A stretch of DNA of 64,000 bases from IMG/VR virus record IMGVR_UViG_3300034105_001195, positions 1-64,000 of that record; one strand, written 5' to 3'. Source of the stretch: a virus. Positions 57,966-64,000 of this stretch are shown here, one piece after another (the first letter of the stretch is position 1; each line of letters starts with the position of its first letter). The translations under genes were made by a program, and so were the position numbers. The notes beneath the pieces are model-generated. The model was not told the origin of the DNA and did no database searches. It saw nothing but the letters and a program-made list of their open reading frames with translations.

Positions 57966-58331
57966 TTATACCCCTACCATAAAGAATGAGTGTAATGATG
58001 CTCCTGCACCGCTTACCTGATTTATTGCTGAAATTCTTGCTGTACTGATATCAGCTAAAGCAGTTGCTCTATCTAATCCAATGTCTGCTAGTGATGCTAC
58101 TCTTGCTGTTTCTAGAGATGCCGCCGATGTAGATCTTTTTGTTTCTAGTTCCGTAATTTTAGCTGCAGTTGCGGCGACAATATCATCGACACCTAACATA
58201 TTTGCTAGCTCGGTCATAGCTTTAGCAAGATAAATCATATCTTGTGTTGTTGTTGCAGAGTTCGTCATTGAAGTCATCTTCGTCTTCATTGCGTTGATCT
58301 GAGTTGCTAGGCTATCATAAACTACGGTCAT
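57966..58331 (-). CDS. Helical fibre-stem protein (paralog of 62297..62665)
   Basis: SLAT.I...QD..YLA...MLGV.DIV; hydrophobic C-terminus FFMVGV; TGATATACT promoter at 58350-58358. Confidence 0.75.
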   Translation of the reverse strand: MTVVYDSLATQINAMKTKMTSMTNSATTTQDMIYLAKAMTELANMLGVDDIVAATAAKITELETKRSTSAASLETARVASLADIGLDRATALADISTARISAINQVSGAGASLHSFFMVGV

Positions 58332-58367
58332 TTGTTATCTCCTTGATAAAGTATATCATATGTTCTT

Positions 58368-58937
58368 TTATATTCCTAGGTCCAATTCTAGGCTTACTAT
58401 ACGGGCATCAAAGCTGGCTACCTGAGAAGATAATGTTCCTAAAGAGTTTGTAACTGTTGTAGAAAAATTAGCATCATCTCCTAGAGCCGCCGCCAACTCA
58501 TTTAAAGTATTTAAAGCTGTTGGGGCTGAGTCAACTAAATTAGCAAGCTGAGATAGAGGGACAAGGCCATTTGCGTCAAGTGTCGCTAGTCCGTCTGGAT
58601 TGCCTACCAGGGTGTCTGGCACGTATGTCTGAGCGGCGGTAGAAGCAAGACCACTAACTGCTGTATCTACATATGTCTTTGTTGCAAGAGCAGTAGTATC
58701 GGCAATTCCATGAATATTTGTAGTGGCATTATTATGTGTTGTAATTGCTGAAGTTAAATCAGTTGCTAGAACGTTTGCAAATACTAGAGCAGAAAATGTT
58801 GCTACGCCATTACCTATCTTAAACTTATTAAGAGTTGTATCAATGCCAATTTCACCAGCTTGTAAGACTGGATTATATAGAGCCCAATTTGCCGTGGTGT
58901 CTCTGCGAAGTCTAAATGTTACATTTGTAGTTGTCAT
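58368..58937 (-). CDS. Fibre protein with an Mtd-N/hyaluronate-lyase-N-like domain
   Basis: RLRRDTTANW..NPVLQAGEIG.DT...FKIGNG; APTALNTLNELAAALGDDANF repeat. Confidence 0.78.
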   Translation of the reverse strand: MTTTNVTFRLRRDTTANWALYNPVLQAGEIGIDTTLNKFKIGNGVATFSALVFANVLATDLTSAITTHNNATTNIHGIADTTALATKTYVDTAVSGLASTAAQTYVPDTLVGNPDGLATLDANGLVPLSQLANLVDSAPTALNTLNELAAALGDDANFSTTVTNSLGTLSSQVASFDARIVSLELDLGI

Positions 58938-59140
58938 GCGGGATTAGCGTCTCCTCCATCATAACTTACTCCAGCTGCCGCTCCAGTTGAAACTACCGCA
59001 CCATCATATGAATGAAGGTGATCAAATACTACTGCTGGATCTGTAAACAATGCCCATTTAGCACCATCCCATTTCCAACGAATTCCGTTGCTTGTGAATG
59101 TTTGATTTAATGTTGGGCTTAGGGGGAATATGGTAGCCAT
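58934..59140 (-). CDS. Small connector (IFPxSP module + DGG tail), probably leaderless
   Basis: MATIFPLSPTLNQTFT...WKWDGAKW; ends YDGGDANPA; GGGTATAAT ends 7 nt before the ATG. Confidence 0.7.
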   Translation of the reverse strand: MATIFPLSPTLNQTFTSNGIRWKWDGAKWALFTDPAVVFDHLHSYDGAVVSTGAAAGVSYDGGDANPA

Positions 59141-59147
59141 ATTAGTA

Positions 59148-60539
59148 TTATACCCTAGCTGCGTATGAAGGTACTGCTACCTGAGATTGTGTTTGTGAGA
59201 TTAAGTAATATTGTCCAGCATCTAGGTAGTGTGCATATGAAGTGGCACTTCCTGGATTATTTGCAACAGATAGAACCTGTGTTGGTGCCCAGTACTGTGG
59301 TGTTTCTACAGGGGCAGGAAGGAATCCAGTAGCAATATATGTTGCCTTTGAATACTTACGATCAAATTGGTCATATAGGTACAATGCATCTTCTGTATAT
59401 GTGCGACCATTCATATGACCTAGTGTGTCAAATGCCTTTGTTGCTGACTTAAAGTTCTTAATAGTAGTATATGTATTTGTTGCTGGATTATAGTATCCAA
59501 ACCAGTAATCGAATGTAGATTCAGTTCCCTTATCTACCGCCGTCTTTCTTTCTCCTGAGATATAAACCTTGCCCTCATATGAGAACACAAATGTGCGGTC
59601 ATAAGAGTTAGAAGGCTCTCCTGGCATCTTAGCAATAGCAGACCAAGTATTAGTTGATCCAGTCCACTTGTATGCAAGGTTTCCAAAATAATGTGTTGTA
59701 GGAACGTTTGATGTTTCTAGATAATGTGTTCCAAATGTGTAGACGTTTCCATCTCCTGGAGCGGCCATAAGAATATTCATTGTATTCAAAGCATCTGGGT
59801 AATTAGACTTTGCTGTCTGAGTAAATGATGCTGTAGCCATATCCTTTTGGATAAAGGTTGTATACATAGTCTGATTATGAGTTTGAACTCCGCCTGCTGA
59901 ATTATATTGTCCTCCGCCTGCTATGTACATCTTGTTATTAGTATAGTCAAAGGCAAATGATGCACCTTTGTAGTTATTTGAATAAAGATCGACTGCTGCC
60001 ATTGTTGTAGCATTTACGATCTTGCCTGCATAATATGCATCTGTGGCAACATTATATGTTGGATAAGACCAGACATAATCTGTTCCGCCAATATTTCTAC
60101 AAGTTAAGGCATTAGTAAGTTGTACTGTTGGAGTTGTAGGAATTGTTGGGGTTGGTGTAGTATTTGTATTTGAAATCAATCCTGAAGATATTACGGCATT
60201 TGAATTTGTTGGCCAGTTGATGTACTGGTTATCTGAAACAAAAACAATCTTGGCCCAAGACTTGCTTGGGTTAAAGTTCCATGTTGTAGTAAATGAAGGG
60301 CTAACAAAAGATGAGTCGATTACATTTCCATCGCCATCTAGAATATTTATATAAGTAACATTAGTTGGAGCACCGTTAGTAAAATCAAGGCTGTATAGAC
60401 CACCATTGACAAGCATGCCTACGTTTAGAATAAATATACGCTGCTTTGTTACTGCTGATGCTGATGGTGCTTTGAACGTCAAGTTACCGCCTAGGGCGGG
60501 CAAGGAGTTCTTAGATACCAAATCTAGTGTTACTGCCAT
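59148..60539 (-). CDS. Fibre tip with a Kelch-like beta-propeller
   Basis: KMYIAGGG, VYTFG, TNTWSAIAKMP, GKVYISG and YYNPATNTY blade motifs. Confidence 0.65.
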   Translation of the reverse strand: MAVTLDLVSKNSLPALGGNLTFKAPSASAVTKQRIFILNVGMLVNGGLYSLDFTNGAPTNVTYINILDGDGNVIDSSFVSPSFTTTWNFNPSKSWAKIVFVSDNQYINWPTNSNAVISSGLISNTNTTPTPTIPTTPTVQLTNALTCRNIGGTDYVWSYPTYNVATDAYYAGKIVNATTMAAVDLYSNNYKGASFAFDYTNNKMYIAGGGQYNSAGGVQTHNQTMYTTFIQKDMATASFTQTAKSNYPDALNTMNILMAAPGDGNVYTFGTHYLETSNVPTTHYFGNLAYKWTGSTNTWSAIAKMPGEPSNSYDRTFVFSYEGKVYISGERKTAVDKGTESTFDYWFGYYNPATNTYTTIKNFKSATKAFDTLGHMNGRTYTEDALYLYDQFDRKYSKATYIATGFLPAPVETPQYWAPTQVLSVANNPGSATSYAHYLDAGQYYLISQTQSQVAVPSYAARV

Positions 60540-60551
60540 TTTTTACTCCTT

Positions 60552-60839
60552 TTATCTATCTGTCCAGCTTAAAGTGCTCTCATCCCAAAATTTTGCAATT
60601 GGATTTGGATTTGGGCCTTCAGGAGATTCCCAAATAAAGTCTGAGTTTAAAACCCATGACTCGTAAGGCTTTGCTGATAAAAACTTGTTTATCTCTGCGT
60701 CGTATGTCATACCAATAGCGGCAACAGATGTGTCTTCTGTAACTTTTACAAAGAACTCTGAAATAGAGTTTATCTTGTCGTCGTCACAAATAATTATATT
60801 TTCAACTTTATTATTATTTAATATTGCATAAGTACTCAT
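60552..60839 (-). CDS. Small fibre-associated protein (paralog of 56239..56526)
   Basis: KPYESWVLNSDFIWESPEGPNP motif. Confidence 0.75.
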   Translation of the reverse strand: MSTYAILNNNKVENIIICDDDKINSISEFFVKVTEDTSVAAIGMTYDAEINKFLSAKPYESWVLNSDFIWESPEGPNPNPIAKFWDESTLSWTDR

Positions 60840-61960
60840 ATTGTAAATGACCTCACAACTACTACCCCATTTGTTCCACCAAGACCAAGTGTACTTGATG
60901 TTGGGTGTCCGTTTGATGTTCCTTGACCACCAGAGCCATAGTGAACAGAATATCCATTATATCCAGAAACCCCATGTGATCCATTTGGAGTAGATCCATA
61001 TCCGCCTCCGCCATACATTGCTGTTTGTCCTGAAAGAGTTGAAACAAATCCAGCTCCACCCCGACCGTCGTTTCCAGCTGTACCGTCGCCAACTGCTCCG
61101 CCGCCGCCTCCGCCTCTTGAGCCAGTTGAGTTTCCAGAGTGACCCTGACCTCCAGATCTTCCTCCTTCAAAACCTAAAGAGCCAGAAACATCTAATCCCA
61201 TAGAAGCTGTTTGAACAACTCCACCAGGATTTGTTGGAGCGCTTGCGCCTGCACAACCTCCTCCAGAGTTTCCTCCAGATCTTCCTGCACGATTATTCCA
61301 GCCTCCGCCGCCTCCGCCGCCTAGTGCAAAAATGTTTCCGAAATAAGTTTTTGCTCCATCAAACCCAGGCTCAACTGCTGCAGGATTTGCTGAAGCGCCT
61401 GCGCCAATCTGAACTGATGTTGGTGAAGCACCATTCATTCCATAAAGCATAACGACATTGCCTCCGCCTCCGCCTCCGCCTCCGCCGTGGGCATCTCCAT
61501 GACCTGCTCCTGAGCCTCCGCCTCCGCCAACTAGAATAACATTGACGAGATCTAGAGCTCCTGTAGGTCTAGTATAAGAACCAGAAGTTGTAATAATTTG
61601 TGGTGTTGCAGTAACTGCTGTTGAATAAGGATAAGAAGGAAGGCCAGCAGAAAAAACTGATGTCGGCTTTACTTTTATCTTAAAAAGTGAAACTAAATCT
61701 CCAGTTGCAGAAACTATATTAATACTAGTAAAAGAATGTGCTACGTTAACCATTTTATTAAGTGGAACACCTGTTGTTGTTGATCCAACAAAATATGCGT
61801 AACCAGTTTCTTGATTTGATGAATACACTCCGTAGTATCCCGCTGTACCACCTTGTGCCCAAGTTCTATTAAATGTCTCCATATATATGGATCCAACAAA
61901 TGTCATATTTGGCATTCCGCCGCCGCCGCCTGATGCGGGAACTGTATTAAACCCTGGCAT
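60836..61960 (-). CDS. Glycine-rich adhesin (paralog of 56523..57629)
   Basis: METFNRTWAQ; VILVGGGG...GVVVVRS. Confidence 0.75.
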   Translation of the reverse strand: MPGFNTVPASGGGGGMPNMTFVGSIYMETFNRTWAQGGTAGYYGVYSSNQETGYAYFVGSTTTGVPLNKMVNVAHSFTSINIVSATGDLVSLFKIKVKPTSVFSAGLPSYPYSTAVTATPQIITTSGSYTRPTGALDLVNVILVGGGGGSGAGHGDAHGGGGGGGGGNVVMLYGMNGASPTSVQIGAGASANPAAVEPGFDGAKTYFGNIFALGGGGGGGWNNRAGRSGGNSGGGCAGASAPTNPGGVVQTASMGLDVSGSLGFEGGRSGGQGHSGNSTGSRGGGGGGAVGDGTAGNDGRGGAGFVSTLSGQTAMYGGGGYGSTPNGSHGVSGYNGYSVHYGSGGQGTSNGHPTSSTLGLGGTNGVVVVRSFTI

Positions 61961-62295
61961 TATGCATCTACCTCCGAACCAAATAGATTAAACGCTATTG
62001 CTGTTGATGCTCCATAAACTTCTACGATATCTCCTGTACCTAGGGTCATTGAAAGTTGAAGGGCTTGTGATACTCCGCCAGCTGCTGCTGTATCATATAC
62101 AAGAATTTGCTTGTTGTCTGCGGCTGCTCCTGCTACTCTTACTCTTACTCTATATAGAATATCGTCTGATGTAAGGTTAGCTACTGTTAGTGATGAACAG
62201 ATAGCCTGCTTTCCTGAAGGAACAGCGTAAATCTGTGTGTATGTTGCGTTTGCTGATGGAACTACTTGTCCCAGTACCTTGTAATTAATTGCCAT
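61960..62295 (-). CDS. ~110-aa beta-sandwich adaptor
   Basis: YKVLGQ...IYAVP...LTVAN...FNLFGSE. Confidence 0.75.
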   Translation of the reverse strand: MAINYKVLGQVVPSANATYTQIYAVPSGKQAICSSLTVANLTSDDILYRVRVRVAGAAADNKQILVYDTAAAGGVSQALQLSMTLGTGDIVEVYGASTAIAFNLFGSEVDA

Positions 62296-62296
62296 T

Positions 62297-62665
62297 TTAT
62301 ATCATGCTCCCTATGAATAGTACGTTAAAACTTGTTGACGCTGAATTTATTTGATTCATTGTCGTTGTACCTAATGTTGTAATATTGCTAATTGCTGTTG
62401 CTCTTTCTGCTACTACGTCTGCCACCGCTCCGACTCGTGCAGTTTCCATCGATGCAAGAGAGGCAACTTTCTTTGTTTCAAGATCTGCAATTTTATCTGC
62501 AGTTGCTGTAACAATGTCATTTACGCCAAGCATTCCACCTAATGTGTCTAATGCTGATGCTAAATAAACTAAATCCTGTGCGCTATAAGTTGTGTGACCA
62601 ATTGATGCTGCAATCTCAGATTTAATAGCGGTAATTTCTGTGGCTAACGAGGTATAGTCTGGCAT
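62297..62665 (-). CDS. Helical fibre-stem protein (paralog of 57966..58331)
   Basis: Aligns by eye over its full length; hydrophobic C-terminus LFIGSMI. Confidence 0.75.
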   Translation of the reverse strand: MPDYTSLATEITAIKSEIAASIGHTTYSAQDLVYLASALDTLGGMLGVNDIVTATADKIADLETKKVASLASMETARVGAVADVVAERATAISNITTLGTTTMNQINSASTSFNVLFIGSMI

Positions 62666-62666
62666 T

Positions 62667-62894
62667 TTACATTGTCTCCATTCTGTTCATCCTTAAAGCC
62701 ATAGCAACTTTTTCATAAGTTTTCTGCCAACCGCTTTTGGTGTATTGCTCAAGTGTATCATGAGTTGTATTAAAATACAGGTCTCCAATACTAGCATTTT
62801 GTGGTCTTTCTTGTACTGTGCCTACTGGTATTGTTGCTCCCCCGCCCCCGCCTGCGAGAGCTACTGATGCTGAAGCTGCTTTACGAATTCCCAT
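62667..62894 (-). CDS. Small connector protein
   Basis: MGIRK...GGGGG; RPQNASIGDLYFNTT...GW module; helical tail. Confidence 0.7.
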   Translation of the reverse strand: MGIRKAASASVALAGGGGGATIPVGTVQERPQNASIGDLYFNTTHDTLEQYTKSGWQKTYEKVAMALRMNRMETM

Positions 62895-63193
62895 TAAAGT
62901 TCTACCCCCGATATGTGAAAGTTTACAGAAGTTGAAGATGCAAAACCTTTTATAGTTTGCGTGGTAGAAAGAACTGTCTTGGTATCCATAACAAGGGTAT
63001 CGTTTGCGCCAACTGTTACTCCAGAAAGGTATGCAACGTCATTAAATAAAATTGAGGCGGTAATTGCTACAGCAGTTGTATTGGTAATTGAAATATTAGT
63101 TACTATATTAGTCTTGCTTGCTGGAACAGTATATAGCGTTGCTGAGGAAGTGGCTGCTGCTGCCCTTACAAATTGTTTTGCTACATTTGCCAT
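62894..63193 (-). CDS. ~100-aa beta-sandwich adaptor (third paralog)
   Basis: TLYTVP...ISITN...NFHISGVEL; AGGAGA RBS. Confidence 0.75.
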   Translation of the reverse strand: MANVAKQFVRAAAATSSATLYTVPASKTNIVTNISITNTTAVAITASILFNDVAYLSGVTVGANDTLVMDTKTVLSTTQTIKGFASSTSVNFHISGVEL

Positions 63194-63201
63194 ATTATCT
63201 C

Positions 63202-63975
63202 CTAGTACGCTCCCATTATTATACCAATTTCTGTGTCATAAACAGAGTTTGTGATATTAGTAATAAAATTAGCATCGTCGCCTACGGCTGCTGCTAATTC
63301 ATTTAGGGTATTCAGCACTGCTGGAGCCCCATCAATTATATTTCCTAGCTGGGAGATAGGAACATTTCCAGTTGCATCTAGCGTTGCTATTCCATCTGGG
63401 TTACCGACCAAAGAATCTGGCACATAAGTTTCTGCGGCGGTTGAGGAGAGCGCTGAGACTGCATTATCTACATATGTCTGAGATGCAATTAATGCGGTAT
63501 TTACTGATATTGCTTTTGTAGTTGTATTGTAAGAAAGACCTGATCCTACTGCATTTCCAACGGCATCTTTTGCATTTGTATCGGTATAAGGGTTTACCCA
63601 TGTAACTGCATAGTCTGCGTTTGAAGATTTAGCTGCAATCTGACCAGTGGTTCCGCCTGCTGCTACTCCTGGACCAACAGGTCCGACGGGGCCAAAAGAT
63701 ATTTCTACCCAGAATGTTCCATCATAAGTATAGAAGTGAGGATCAACGTTGTTGTACCAAAGATCACCCTCTTTAGGAGAAGGTGTTGTTGGTGCTGTAG
63801 TTCCTATTGATACCGCAGATCCTGATGAACCTGCTCCAACTTCAATCCAACCAGTATTAGTATAAACTCTTACTTTGTTAGTAACGCTATTTAAATATAG
63901 GTCACCGATTCTTGGATTTGCTGGGTCAGTCGCTAAACTGACTGTATTTAAGGAGACTAATCTTTTTACAGACAT
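63202..63975 (-). CDS. Multi-module fibre hub protein
   Basis: GDLYLN..GW and GDLWYN...YDGTFWVE modules; GGTTGQ..AK; APAVLNTLNELAAA repeat; hydrophobic C-terminus IIMGAY. Confidence 0.78.
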   Translation of the reverse strand: MSVKRLVSLNTVSLATDPANPRIGDLYLNSVTNKVRVYTNTGWIEVGAGSSGSAVSIGTTAPTTPSPKEGDLWYNNVDPHFYTYDGTFWVEISFGPVGPVGPGVAAGGTTGQIAAKSSNADYAVTWVNPYTDTNAKDAVGNAVGSGLSYNTTTKAISVNTALIASQTYVDNAVSALSSTAAETYVPDSLVGNPDGIATLDATGNVPISQLGNIIDGAPAVLNTLNELAAAVGDDANFITNITNSVYDTEIGIIMGAY

Positions 63976-64000
63976 TTATCTCTCCTTAACCAGTGATTAC

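Noticed and set aside
37517-63975. Complete diversity-generating retroelement or invertase shufflon driving fibre variation
   Set aside because: No reverse transcriptase, template/variable repeat pair, site-specific recombinase or inverted cassettes seen in the window; all genes are co-oriented.
1-64000. Stop-codon reassignment, tRNA genes or an integrase
   Set aside because: Standard-code ORFs tile the window, with TAA, TAG and TGA all used as coupled stops; intergenic gaps are short and show no cloverleaf; no recombinase motif seen.

Overview
A 64-kb, gene-dense segment of a large tailed dsDNA phage (siphovirus-type). Essentially all real genes are on the minus strand. In transcription order (right to left) there are three parts. 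(i) A ~26.5-kb island of ~30 fibre/adhesin genes (37.5-64 kb; collagen, Gly-rich, Ig/Fn3, LRR, Kelch, LamG and cupredoxin-like domains), interrupted by a flavin-dependent halogenase unit and an FmdB-like gene. (ii) Head and tail morphogenesis (11-37.5 kb): portal, protease/scaffold, major capsid, connectors, major tail protein, frameshifted chaperones, a 2736-aa tape measure protein and tail-tip proteins. (iii) A replication/recombination operon (0-11 kb): phosphoesterase, DnaB, primase, SSB, DnaE, MazG-like, RecA and resolvase. Extended -10 promoters, apparently leaderless genes and the gene content suggest an actinobacterial (possibly low-GC freshwater) host; this is inference. Two candidate undescribed systems stand out. 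(1) The tape measure protein carries globular cargo domains, including a HipA/PI3-4-kinase-like domain, delimited by eight recurring double-glycine motifs between hydrophobic segments, which suggests an injected effector polyprotein. (2) The fibre island appears to follow a plug-and-socket grammar: recurring terminal modules pair 1:1 between genes, one module is split across two proteins, and a four-gene cassette is duplicated, which suggests branched, interchangeable multi-adhesin fibres. No terminase, tRNA, CRISPR, integrase or reverse transcriptase was seen. All family calls come from motif recognition by eye, not from database searches.
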